Below are positions 10,643-19,907 of a stretch of DNA of 64,000 bases, piece after piece. The notes beneath the pieces are model-generated. The model saw nothing but the letters and a program-made list of their open reading frames with translations, was not told the origin of the DNA and ran no database searches. The DNA is from a virus. The stretch is taken from positions 1 through 64,000 of the IMG/VR virus record IMGVR_UViG_3300020045_007300, one strand, 5' to 3'. Each line of letters opens with the position of its first letter. Position 1 is the stretch's first letter. The translations under genes and the position numbers were made by a program.

Positions 10643-10819
10643 ATGGCAACACAGGTACGACACAAAAAACCATTGCGCAACAAGATAACCATCAGGCTTT
10701 CAGATGAACAGGTAGTGCAATTTAATGACTATGGCAAGTCTTTATACATTAGAGCATTGATTGATGCTGATATTGCGAAAGAGACGCGTAGAGTGAAAAT
10801 CAAGGAGGTTAAGAAGTGA
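10643..10819 (+). CDS. Ribbon-helix-helix-like small DNA-binding protein (58 aa, not in ORF track)
   Basis: KITIRLSDEQVVQF..GKSLYIRALIDADI; AGGA RBS. Confidence 0.55.
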   Translation: MATQVRHKKPLRNKITIRLSDEQVVQFNDYGKSLYIRALIDADIAKETRRVKIKEVKK

Positions 10820-11105
10820 AAAAATACTATGCACTGCAATCTAAACGGCGGTGGAATATATTTTTTAAACGCGAAAATAAGTTTAAAATACGGGGATTTA
10901 AACTTAAATATTATTTAGCATTTAAACATGACCACAGGTGGATGAAATGAAAAAACTACTTACTTAAATTTTTATATTTACACTTGCTATCCTTTTATTT
11001 TGTTTGCTCATGCCAATACATTAAAGGCATGAGCAAACAAAGGCGACATAATTACTGCTAATTTTTTAGTTGATAGTCCAATTACAACTGAATCAATATT
11101 ATTGG

Positions 11106-11531
11106 TTACACACCAGTTGAACCAAAACCACCAGCACCTCGCTCAGTTGTCGATAATTCATAGACTTCTTCAAATTTGATTTGAGGATATGGCATAATTA
11201 TTAACTGAGCTACTTTGTCACCAAGATTATAACGAGCGTCACCAACTCTAGTAAACGTAACTTCAATTTCACCGCGATACCCACTATCAATAACACCAAC
11301 GGAATTACACAATTCCAAGTCTATCTTTCTAATTGACGAGCGAGGAAATATAAGACCTAAATAGCCATCTGGAATCTCAACGGCTAATCCAATTCCGTAC
11401 GATACTTTATCGCTTGGAAATTTAATTGTTGTTGCTACTAAATCCATGCCAGCGTCGCCGTCTTTTGCATAAGTTGGGATAACTGCGTTTTTGTCCAATC
11501 GTTTAATTTTTACTTGCAAGGGTTGTTTCAT
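11106..11531 (-). CDS. dut: Trimeric dUTPase
   Basis: AGMDL, PRSS, GVIDSGYRGEI, KVAQL and RGAGGFGSTG motifs. Confidence 0.97.
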   Translation of the reverse strand: MKQPLQVKIKRLDKNAVIPTYAKDGDAGMDLVATTIKFPSDKVSYGIGLAVEIPDGYLGLIFPRSSIRKIDLELCNSVGVIDSGYRGEIEVTFTRVGDARYNLGDKVAQLIIMPYPQIKFEEVYELSTTERGAGGFGSTGV

Positions 11532-11555
11532 TATTTTTCCTGTTTTGTGATATGA

Positions 11556-11579
11556 AAAGCCCTGAATTAACAGGGCTTT
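11556..11579 (-). terminator. Intrinsic terminator
   Basis: AAAGCCCTG-AATTAA-CAGGGCTTT. Confidence 0.65.
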
Positions 11580-11585
11580 GGCTTG

Positions 11586-12073
11586 CTATCCGTTTATCGC
11601 TGAACCATGATCTTTATGCCACGCTGTGTGACATTTAGAACATAGCCATCGAACGGTCATTGGGTAGGCGTAGTTATCGTGATGCCCATGTATTCTTACG
11701 CCTGTTACATTGCATTGTGAACATGATGACGGTTTTATTATTTTGCCGTCACGGACTGCGTTATTAATTATGTGACTAGCGGCTCGTTTTATTACATTTT
11801 CTTCTGACCATTTTTTTTTGACTTTCTACAGGACTCTTTCCCTGCTTCTGTTTGAGAATACTTCTTTTTCATTTCAATTCTATGCGATAACTGGTCTCGT
11901 TGCCTATCGTACTCCACATAATAATCTTTATTCTTTTCAGTATTCTCTTTAACATCTTTTTTATTACATTCCTTACATTTGTTTAAATACCCGTCAGCCA
12001 TTCCCTTGTGCTTGTAAAACTCAGTTAATGGCTTACGGGTGTCACACTTAAAACATATCTTTGAATCGCACAT
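11586..12073 (-). pseudogene. HNH-type zinc-finger endonuclease-like gene frameshifted at an A9 tract
   Basis: The N-terminus KICFKC..KPLTEFYKH..CKEC continues in the -1 frame as WSEENVIKRAASH..CSQC..IHGHHDNYAYPMTVRWLCSKCH*. Confidence 0.8.
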
Positions 12074-12117
12074 AGCTTTATCCTTAGTGATAAAATAAAG
12101 CTCATTATAGCACGATT

Positions 12118-12555
12118 CTAATTAAAAGGAATATCATCGGAATAATCCGCATCAAAGTTATCGCCATGCGTAGGTTGATTGTTGCGTGGTGGTTCATTTT
12201 TAGACTGTGCAGCAGGTTGTTGACCTTGTGCTGGTGAATCACCTTTTTTGCTCACCAACTCAATAATGTTAGCATTTAGTTCAAGGCTTGTTTTTGCAGC
12301 ACCATCATTACCAGTATAACTGCTTTGCGTCAATTCTCCTGAAATGAAGATTTTTGTACCTTTCAAAAGGAAGTCTTTTAGCTGTCCTTCCGCGCGCTTA
12401 CCCCACAATTGAACACGAATGAACAGTGTCGTTTGTTTATCACCGAAACCCTGATTATTTGCTACGTTTACCGTTAAAACAGCCTGACCAGACGGAATAA
12501 ATCTAACTTCCGCATCGCGAGTACACGTTACAACTGCATTAAAAACATTCGACAT
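12118..12555 (-). CDS. ssb: Single-stranded DNA-binding protein
   Basis: RDAEVRFIPSGQAV, LWGKRAE and an acidic DDIPF tail. Confidence 0.96.
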   Translation of the reverse strand: MSNVFNAVVTCTRDAEVRFIPSGQAVLTVNVANNQGFGDKQTTLFIRVQLWGKRAEGQLKDFLLKGTKIFISGELTQSSYTGNDGAAKTSLELNANIIELVSKKGDSPAQGQQPAAQSKNEPPRNNQPTHGDNFDADYSDDIPFN

Positions 12556-12776
12556 TATTTAACTTCCTTCAATAGTTTTTCTAAATCATCAAGCGAACCA
12601 CCGACTTCAAGCAGCCCGATGAAACCGCGTTTCTTTTTAATATCAATCTGAGTTTGCACGGAATCGGCAAACAGTACATTAAACTTATTTGGCTTCTCAG
12701 CCTTGAATATCGCCAGCGTTGATTCGCTATCCTTACATCGTTGAAGAACATCGTAGATATTGGTATGTAAGCTCAT
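12555..12776 (-). CDS. Hypothetical protein
   Basis: Translationally coupled ORF in the recombination operon. Confidence 0.6.
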   Translation of the reverse strand: MSLHTNIYDVLQRCKDSESTLAIFKAEKPNKFNVLFADSVQTQIDIKKKRGFIGLLEVGGSLDDLEKLLKEVK

Positions 12777-12958
12777 TTATCACCTTCCGATTCTGCCATT
12801 ATTGCCATTTTTTCAAGATTGGCATTTGATAATTCAGCCAGAGTAATTCGCTCATCTTCGCTGGTAAAAGGTACAGGGATAAACCCTATTCCAGAAAGTA
12901 CCATTAAATTAACAAGTTCTATTACTTTTCGCGTTTCAACTGGAGATTGTCTTTGCAT
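12773..12958 (-). CDS. Hypothetical protein (DUF1382-like)
   Basis: SPVETRKVIELVNLMVLSGIGFIPVP motif. Confidence 0.6.
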   Translation of the reverse strand: MQRQSPVETRKVIELVNLMVLSGIGFIPVPFTSEDERITLAELSNANLEKMAIMAESEGDK

Positions 12959-13003
12959 TATTATTTTCCAAGTTACGCCCCATCATTACACGGGGCTGAT
13001 TAA

Positions 13004-14011
13004 TTAAAATTCGATTTTCAACGCACCCAATTTGCCAGCGCACGCTAATTTAACAACATTGATAGCCTGTTCATCGGTCAAGCCAGACGCAATCAATGCC
13101 AGCTTCACCGCTGTTTTAATCTCGGTTCGATGTTCAATATTGGCTTTTCTTGCATCATCAATAGCTTTCTGTTTAGCCGCTTCTGCTTCAACACGCTTGC
13201 GTTCGTCTTCAACCGCTTGCAATTGTTCACGTTCAGCTTTTTCTAATGCAGCAACACGCGCATTTTCAGCATCAATCAATCGTTGTTTTTCCAATAATTC
13301 AGCGTTTTCTTTAGCAACCCGCGCGGCTTCAACCGCCTGTTTTTCGCGCTGTTCAGCTTCGAGTTTTTCACGTTCAGCTTTTTCCAGTGCGTCTTTGCTT
13401 GCCTGTTCAGCGGCTAACCTGCCTTGTTCGACCAGTTCATCTTCACGCGCTAAGCGTTCTTTTTCGTCCTGTTCGGCTTGCTTGGCTTTCGCAATTTCAG
13501 CCTTTTCTTTGTCAATGTCAAAGCGGTCATTCATTACATGAGCTTCATCCCACAATAATGCAAACATCCGTTCATTTTCGACTTGTTCAGCCTCAACCCT
13601 TGCTATCTCAGCAAGTCGTTCAACTTCTTTGTCGTCATCATACGCCTTATTCATAATCAAGGCTTCGTGATGAGTTAATGGCATTCTCACCATGTCGTAG
13701 GTATAATCAAGCTCAGATTCAACCTGCTTCATGCTGTCAATAATCAGATTGGGAATAGCCTTTAAATCTCTAGTCAGGTCTTTACCTGCTTTTAAAATAG
13801 CGGATTTCTTTTGCTTTACCGAATAAGCATTGGATTTAATGCCATCTAAGCCTTTTTTGGTATTGCTATCAAAGACAAGGCTATTTGCATCTAAAGCAAT
13901 CTGACTGACAATACGATCAAGCGTATCGTCACCACCCTCTTTAGTCATGATGACGACTAATTCAGAGTTCTTTTTGTTTTCAAGCGTTATCAAATCATGC
14001 GGCATTCTCAT
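13004..14011 (-). CDS. Conserved coiled-coil phage protein of recombination operons
   Basis: Long E/A/K/R-rich coil; C-terminal RKANIEHR..ALIASGL..VVKL. Confidence 0.75.
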   Translation of the reverse strand: MRMPHDLITLENKKNSELVVIMTKEGGDDTLDRIVSQIALDANSLVFDSNTKKGLDGIKSNAYSVKQKKSAILKAGKDLTRDLKAIPNLIIDSMKQVESELDYTYDMVRMPLTHHEALIMNKAYDDDKEVERLAEIARVEAEQVENERMFALLWDEAHVMNDRFDIDKEKAEIAKAKQAEQDEKERLAREDELVEQGRLAAEQASKDALEKAEREKLEAEQREKQAVEAARVAKENAELLEKQRLIDAENARVAALEKAEREQLQAVEDERKRVEAEAAKQKAIDDARKANIEHRTEIKTAVKLALIASGLTDEQAINVVKLACAGKLGALKIEF

Positions 14012-14066
14012 TCCCCAAGTTAAAATTATATTTTCATTCTTCCAGCAATGCCTCGAAAGATTGACA

Positions 14067-14951
14067 CTATACTGGTGTTAATGCTTCTTTTTTAGCGTCT
14101 TTAGCCGCTGTCAAAGCGGTTTTATCGACATTACCAAGGTCTTGCCACGCTTGTTTAAATACATTTTCAAGCGTGACCATATTGGTACACGCATTAATCA
14201 GGATGATTTTTTTAGCAAGTAAATCAGCTATGCGTTGTTGCTCTATTATGTCAAAATCAACACCACTTTCTAGCCAAAATTTCAACCTTTCACCTGTTGC
14301 CTTGGTGATAACTTCTGGCTCTGAAAATACACCTGTTCTATCCTTGCTTGCGGTAGCCCAATGACCCTCATGGACTAAATCAAGTACAGCGGTAAACTCA
14401 TACTCAATCCCCTCGCGCTGTTCGTACTTCATGCCTAATTTGACGACAACTTTTTTACCACTTGCCCCCTCTTGTTGCGCCGTTTCTGTTTTTGTTCTGC
14501 ACGTTGCGATAACATGGCATTTGCTTTGAATCATTGCGTCCAAAAACAGTCGATGACGCGCATTTGTTACGTTCCACGCACTCCATGTATTGCCGCGAAA
14601 TTTAGCATCTGCAATGACACTATTTAACTCAAGACAGCCGCCAGAACCTACCCACTCATGGGTTATAGAATCCACTAAAATAGTGTCATACCCTGATTTT
14701 TCAGCTAACTTGATAGCATCAATGTATTTTTCAGGCGTGTACGGCGGCGACAATTCCAGAACATCAAAATCTGGACACCATGCCATACCCTCATAAAGTG
14801 ACGCACTGCCGTTTTCGCTATCAATAACGGCAATCTTGCCACCAATCCCTGCCGCCATTAACAGCGCACTCATTGTTTTACCGCCACCGCTGGGCGAAGC
14901 AATTAATACCCGTGCTTTTGCCTGTTTTCTCTGCGCTTTTTTAAATTCCAT
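14067..14951 (-). CDS. Sak4-like AAA_24 ATPase (single-strand annealing)
   Basis: Walker A SPSGGGKT, IAVIDSE, VDSITHEW, QREGIEYEF. Confidence 0.88.
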   Translation of the reverse strand: MEFKKAQRKQAKARVLIASPSGGGKTMSALLMAAGIGGKIAVIDSENGSASLYEGMAWCPDFDVLELSPPYTPEKYIDAIKLAEKSGYDTILVDSITHEWVGSGGCLELNSVIADAKFRGNTWSAWNVTNARHRLFLDAMIQSKCHVIATCRTKTETAQQEGASGKKVVVKLGMKYEQREGIEYEFTAVLDLVHEGHWATASKDRTGVFSEPEVITKATGERLKFWLESGVDFDIIEQQRIADLLAKKIILINACTNMVTLENVFKQAWQDLGNVDKTALTAAKDAKKEALTPV

Positions 14952-14967
14952 TATCTTTCCTTTTTCC

Positions 14968-15084
14968 AACAAAAAACCCAGATATTACAGGACGAGTGCA
15001 ATAGAGCTGGGTTTGTCGCAAATCAATTAGATTTTCTTTAATGCCTCGTCCGCAATACAGAAAATCCGAGTTAATTATATCACC
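14968..15084 (-). promoter_or_regulatory. Promoter (TGATATAAT) plus two-hairpin leader with complementary loops and U-tract
   Basis: Transcript loop 1 GGACGAG is complementary to loop 2 CTCGTCC; hairpin 2 AAACCCAG..CTGGGTTTTTT. Confidence 0.65.
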
Positions 15085-15439
15085 AATTAAGCATCATCCC
15101 GCATTCTTTTTGCTCAGTCTCATACTGAAAGCCGTAACCGTTAATATAATGTTCATTGTCAAATCGTTGGCTAAATCCAAGTTTGCAGTGCTTAACGCCA
15201 AGTATAAAGAAGTAAGCCGACAAAAATAAAGACATTCTTTTTACAGCTTCTATTTCCATTGGAATATCGCTACCTACCGATTTACTGAATGAAGCCCTGT
15301 ATGGTGGTCTAAACGGCTCTAATTGCTTATGCCATATAGCCGCATTAGCTCTGATTTCAGGATTAGCAACATTAACCAATTTACCTTTGGCTTCCATTGC
15401 CGCTTTGAATTTTTCAACATCAAACATCACGCGCACCAC
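15080..15439 (-). CDS. Hypothetical protein
   Basis: ORF in the early leftward operon. Confidence 0.55.
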   Translation of the reverse strand: MVRVMFDVEKFKAAMEAKGKLVNVANPEIRANAAIWHKQLEPFRPPYRASFSKSVGSDIPMEIEAVKRMSLFLSAYFFILGVKHCKLGFSQRFDNEHYINGYGFQYETEQKECGMMLNW

Positions 15440-15618
15440 TCAAATTTATCTAACCGACGTTGAAAGCGTTGCACAGCTCTCATAAAAGCGCGATTAACGC
15501 GTTCATATCGTTTGTACTGGCATCTAATTGATGCAACATTCACCTGTAAATCCAGCGATTCTTTGAGCTTGTGAGCCTGTATAACAAGTGTGTTAATTTC
15601 ATTCATAGCATTACCCAA
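15427..15618 (-). CDS. Hypothetical protein
   Basis: ORF in the early leftward operon. Confidence 0.5.
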   Translation of the reverse strand: MGNAMNEINTLVIQAHKLKESLDLQVNVASIRCQYKRYERVNRAFMRAVQRFQRRLDKFEWCA

Positions 15619-15811
15619 AAAAAAAGAAAAATAAAGCTAGTGATATAACAACCGTTACTACAACCCACAAAAAAAACTGTTTTAACGACGGGTAAGTTCT
15701 TGGTTTATTTACTAGCGGTGGGTATTTAATAGAAGGTGGGTTATGTGCTGCGTTCTGCATAATACCACATCGTTTAACTGCCTTACGCTCTGCTATTGTT
15801 TGATTTCTCAT
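15611..15811 (-). CDS. Small membrane protein
   Basis: GGAGA RBS; C-terminal hydrophobic segment. Confidence 0.5.
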   Translation of the reverse strand: MRNQTIAERKAVKRCGIMQNAAHNPPSIKYPPLVNKPRTYPSLKQFFLWVVVTVVISLALFFFFFG

Positions 15812-15887
15812 ACTTTTCTCCAGATATAAAATCTGCCTTGCTATCAGCGGTTGTGGTGTCGGTCATGCCGACATCAGGTATTAATCT

Positions 15888-16787
15888 TTATTCTACAAGT
15901 CCACCAAACCAGCCAATCATCGCACTAATAAACTTGGTTAATTCACCCGTCATAATTGCAAAATCAGCATAGAATCGTTGTTCAGGAGTTTCAATATCTT
16001 CATGCGATAACTCAGCGTGAACAGCGTCCAGAAACTTGAGTTTTTTAACTGCCAGTGTGTCATCAAGCGTGAAACTGAGACGGTCATAATAGCCAATTGC
16101 AAGGCTTGTTACCAACTTCCCAGCACCAATATGATTTTTAATTTCGCTGCAAAACAATTCTTGATTTTTACACCGAATAACGCTTTTTTCATCACCAACT
16201 GACTTAAGAACTGCATCGTATTCAATGCTTATAAAGTTTGGAATATTTCCAGAATTAACCCAATCAGTCATTACAAATGCAGATGTGTCATTAGTGTTTA
16301 AAGGCACGCAAGCCAACGAACCCAAACACTTACGCAACAAACTCAGCACATCTTCTGCTACACCCTGTGATGATGTGTCAATGACGATAAAACCGCCTTT
16401 AACGTCGATGTATGCGTAGGTTAATTTTGAGGTTGTCAACGCCCTTGGAAGCAACTCAAAAACAATTGCTTCCTTTAATTCTTTGCGCTCTATAGTCGAT
16501 AGCTTTCGACTATTTTCATACTCAAAAACTCCTCTTCTTTCTTTGTATTCATCATTCACCGCAGATGACGGTAATACTTTTTTCTGTGTTTTTACACAGA
16601 ACATCATGTAACCATTTGCCGCGTTAACTAGTGACTTATTACCTACTGGATAAACAAACCCAGTTGATGATTCTTCGTGTAAGCCACATGGCTTAAATTC
16701 CATTGCACTAAGTTTTTCACTTAGCTGTTCTTGGTTTTGTTCAAAAAATTCAGTTAATTTGAAAGCCATTAAATTCTTGAAAAACAT
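15888..16787 (-). CDS. rdgC: Recombination-associated protein RdgC
   Basis: MFFKNL, KKVLPSSAV, ELLPRA, LRKCLGSL, VKKLKF and ADFAIMTGEL motifs. Confidence 0.95.
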   Translation of the reverse strand: MFFKNLMAFKLTEFFEQNQEQLSEKLSAMEFKPCGLHEESSTGFVYPVGNKSLVNAANGYMMFCVKTQKKVLPSSAVNDEYKERRGVFEYENSRKLSTIERKELKEAIVFELLPRALTTSKLTYAYIDVKGGFIVIDTSSQGVAEDVLSLLRKCLGSLACVPLNTNDTSAFVMTDWVNSGNIPNFISIEYDAVLKSVGDEKSVIRCKNQELFCSEIKNHIGAGKLVTSLAIGYYDRLSFTLDDTLAVKKLKFLDAVHAELSHEDIETPEQRFYADFAIMTGELTKFISAMIGWFGGLVE

Positions 16788-17360
16788 AAAAACCTCTTTG
16801 TTAATGTAATAACACACTGTTATTACTAATAAACAGCTTATTTCAAAGTTGTTTATTAGTAAAGCCGCTTGCCCTGCGGAAATACTAATTTTAACCTTCC
16901 ACCTATTCAGTCAGTTAAGTTAGCATCCTGAAATTAAACGGTTCAGTGTCCGTATTAACGCCCAGCCATAAGGATGAGACATACTGTCGTTAATGGTCTA
17001 TGTTAGCTGATATGGAGCAGCGGCATCCTCAGACTGACCAGCAAACTTTTCCGCGTTAGCCAAGCGTTTGAATAAAAAATGCACCGTGTCTACGGTGCGA
17101 ATGGTTTACCCTTTAGTGGTAAAAAACACAAACAACTGGATAACCTAAATTACCCAGCAGTTTGTATTCTTTAAATATATTGTTAAATATAATTTAACAA
17201 TATATTTCATTTGCAGTTGTTCTGCTTACTATTCCTTGTTATCCCGTCATTCCTGCTTATCACAGGGCGGTTCAGACATCTTCGGCGCGTGTCGTGCGGT
17301 AAATATACTGAAATGTTTTACGGGCTTCCTGTCGGTGTTTCCCTCTTCCATTGGAAAAGA

Positions 17361-17388
17361 AGTATAAAGCATTTAACTTTGTTGTCAA
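17361..17388 (-). promoter_or_regulatory. Strong sigma70-like leftward early promoter
   Basis: Minus strand TTGACA-16 bp-TATACT. Confidence 0.7.
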
Positions 17389-17470
17389 CGATTTTTCTAG
17401 TAAATTTTATAGTCGAATTTATTTTGCTTTTATGTTGTATTGTGGTAGCATTTAATCTGTTTTAATTAAT

Positions 17471-17725
17471 TTGGAAAATCAGATGAACGGATATGCTTTA
17501 AAGAGACAGCGCGAGAAAAATGCCAGAAAATTATTTCAGGTGGCAAGCGGTAAAAGCATTGCAGAGACAATTGGAAAAGGTGGTGATTTTGTATCTAAAA
17601 TCAAACTAGGCAATAGCCCACTCCCAAGAAAATACATTGAACCACTAAATGCCCGTTACGGTATCTACGGCATCACTGTAGAATATTTGGAAACTTTAAC
17701 TAAGGAAGAGAAAGACAGGTTATGA
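17471..17725 (+). CDS. Cro/XRE-like HTH regulator
   Basis: KSIAETIGKGGDFVSKIKLG helix-turn-helix; first gene of the rightward operon. Confidence 0.55.
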   Translation: MENQMNGYALKRQREKNARKLFQVASGKSIAETIGKGGDFVSKIKLGNSPLPRKYIEPLNARYGIYGITVEYLETLTKEEKDRL

Positions 17726-17819
17726 AAAAAATAATACTTGAAATTCTCATATTCACACTAGCTGCATTGGTGTTCTGTATTGCGCTACCTATTTTGTACT
17801 GTCATGAGGAGTGTGTAAA

Positions 17820-18017
17820 ATGAGCAATTCAAAAAATTTTATTGTTGGCAATAAGTATAAATGGACATGCTCTCCTGAAATACTTATTTACTTAGGCAAT
17901 AATTGGTCTGGTAATGGTTATTGGCATCAATTTTCCAAGGTAGAAAACCCTGAAATGGTCTGGTGCGAAGTGATCGATTCAGACTTGCAAATGATTGAAC
18001 AAGTAAAGGGATCGTAA
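17820..18017 (+). CDS. Conserved small phage protein
   Basis: GNKYKW..LIYLG..WHQFSKVE..VWCEV. Confidence 0.7.
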   Translation: MSNSKNFIVGNKYKWTCSPEILIYLGNNWSGNGYWHQFSKVENPEMVWCEVIDSDLQMIEQVKGS

Positions 18018-18019
18018 TT

Positions 18020-18262
18020 ATGAGTAATTCAATAACAGTAACTTGCGGACAGTGTCAACACTTTACCCGCCATGAAGATTATGACGACAACGGAAGCAAC
18101 GGTTCATGTACTGTGTATCTGGGAATAACTAAGAAAATATCCTCAATTCTCGCGTTATCACAGTATTTTTCTCGTGACTTAGGCGCATTACCATTTAACG
18201 ATGAAACACCGCGCCACTGCAATAAATTCGTAGGTAAATATCAATTTGTGGTGGGGCATTGA
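18020..18262 (+). CDS. Cys-rich hypothetical protein
   Basis: VTCGQCQHF..GSC..RHCNKF. Confidence 0.6.
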   Translation: MSNSITVTCGQCQHFTRHEDYDDNGSNGSCTVYLGITKKISSILALSQYFSRDLGALPFNDETPRHCNKFVGKYQFVVGH

Positions 18263-18439
18263 TGGCTAAAGAACGCATGGCACAAATGGGCGGGCATATT
18301 GCCCTTGCACACGGAACAGCCAGAGGAGGTGGTCATGTATCGGTAGGGATGAGAATTTGTCCGCGTTGCAAAAATACAAGATTCAGTGCTATTCATAAAT
18401 CAAAATGCAAAATAAATCCTAACGCAGTATGGAATTAAT

Positions 18440-18835
18440 ATGAGAATCAGAAAACAAAAAATTATCAGTTTAGTAGTACCGCCTTATCTTTTAGATACAG
18501 GTAACGAACGACGCGGTTACATCCGTGAATGCGTAACAAGAATTGCATTAAACGACTTCAATCAAGAAGCGTATTTAAAAGCAACTGGGTTTGCACCTAG
18601 TCACTGTGTTATTACTTCGGTTACATTAAATGAAGCTGGAGTAAAATCACTGGAAGCATATCGCGTTAAACACGGATTATCAAGTCGAAACAAGGCGGTA
18701 ATAGCTATTTTGGCGACTTGTTATGCAAAGCAATCACACAGTAAAAAACCAGCCTTGCCTACATTTTATGAGGTGTTCGCAGTAATTGCAGGATATGGTT
18801 CAAAATCAACAGGAGATGTAAATTATGGCAGATGA
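18440..18835 (+). CDS. Hypothetical, possibly RHH-like DNA-binding protein
   Basis: TSVTLNEAGVKSLEAYRVKHGLSSRNKAV. Confidence 0.5.
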   Translation: MRIRKQKIISLVVPPYLLDTGNERRGYIRECVTRIALNDFNQEAYLKATGFAPSHCVITSVTLNEAGVKSLEAYRVKHGLSSRNKAVIAILATCYAKQSHSKKPALPTFYEVFAVIAGYGSKSTGDVNYGR

Positions 18836-19061
18836 TGCAGACTTCGCGGCAGAATATCAACAAAACGATATTGACCGCGCTATTAAAAATGTGCTTAAAA
18901 ATGTTAAGCCAACAAGCAACAAAATTAAAAAGCGAGATTGTGAGGAATGCGGCAATCCTATCCCGTTGGCAAGAATAGCCGCATCCAACTCAGATTATTG
19001 TTTCGAGTGCCAACGTGCAATTGAGCATGAAGAAAAGCAGTACAAACGGGTTATTTTGTAA
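18825..19061 (+). CDS. TraR/DksA C4-type zinc finger protein
   Basis: N-terminal MADDADFA (DxxDxA) and CEECGNPIPLAR..CFECQ. Confidence 0.9.
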   Translation: MADDADFAAEYQQNDIDRAIKNVLKNVKPTSNKIKKRDCEECGNPIPLARIAASNSDYCFECQRAIEHEEKQYKRVIL

Positions 19062-19078
19062 TTTTTTGGAGGAATAGA

Positions 19079-19315
19079 ATGACGTTTCAAGCGATAGTAA
19101 GAGAAAGAGAAGACGGTGATTTTGATGTTATTGCCGCAATACAAGTAAGTGGCTTGCAAGATGAGTTGAATTACATCCCTATCCAGTGGGCAAATGAGAT
19201 TATTGAGTACATGAATAAATGCGCACCGAATGAAACATTTTCCATGCTTGAACTTGAAAATGTGACGGATGTTATTGATGGCGAATTAACGGGGATTAAT
19301 GATGGTAAACGGTGA
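19079..19315 (+). CDS. Hypothetical acidic protein
   Basis: GGAGG RBS; ORF. Confidence 0.6.
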   Translation: MTFQAIVREREDGDFDVIAAIQVSGLQDELNYIPIQWANEIIEYMNKCAPNETFSMLELENVTDVIDGELTGINDGKR

Positions 19316-19907
19316 TTTATTTGATAATACAGATACCGTAAAAACATCGGCAAAGAAAGTAGGTTTTACACATGACAGTGTGGACAATATCAGTGTCGAG
19401 TGGTACACGCCAAAATGGATATTTGACGAATTAGGCGTTGAGTTTGATATTGACGTATGCGCTCCTGCGGTAGGTGTTTTTTCAAATGAAACACTTAGAA
19501 AGAACGGCGTAAACCCCGCTGAATACACTGGTGGCGTTCCTTGGATTCCAGCCAAAAAGCACTTCGATATTCATACTGACGGATTAATTAGTGATTGGCA
19601 GGGGAGTGTATGGTGTAACCCACCATACGGAAAATTCACCCCAAAGTGGCTGGAAAAAATGCACCACCACCGCAACGGTATTGCGTTAGTTTTTGCGCGT
19701 ACCGACTGCGCGTGGTTTCACGATTATTGCGCTAAAGCGGATGCAATCCTGTTTATTCAAAAGCGGGTTAAGTTTGTGGACGGTTTAGGCGTTACATCAG
19801 GTAACGGCGCAGGTAGTGGCTCTATGTTGATTGCATGGGGTAATGAAAACGTAAATGCACTAGAGAGAATGCAGGACAAAGGCAAGCTCTGGATATTAAA
19901 AAACTAA
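19299..19907 (+). CDS. Phage DNA N6-adenine methyltransferase
   Basis: EWYTP, FDIDVCA, WCNPPY and ARTD..WF motifs. Confidence 0.92.
   Translation: MMVNGDLFDNTDTVKTSAKKVGFTHDSVDNISVEWYTPKWIFDELGVEFDIDVCAPAVGVFSNETLRKNGVNPAEYTGGVPWIPAKKHFDIHTDGLISDWQGSVWCNPPYGKFTPKWLEKMHHHRNGIALVFARTDCAWFHDYCAKADAILFIQKRVKFVDGLGVTSGNGAGSGSMLIAWGNENVNALERMQDKGKLWILKN

Noticed and set aside
13004-14011. TolA or tape-measure annotation
   Set aside because: The resemblance is only compositional, and the gene lies in the early recombination operon.
17211-17465. 84-aa plus-strand ORF
   Set aside because: It spans the divergent promoters and GGA leader, has a TTG start with no RBS, and shows no recognisable motif.
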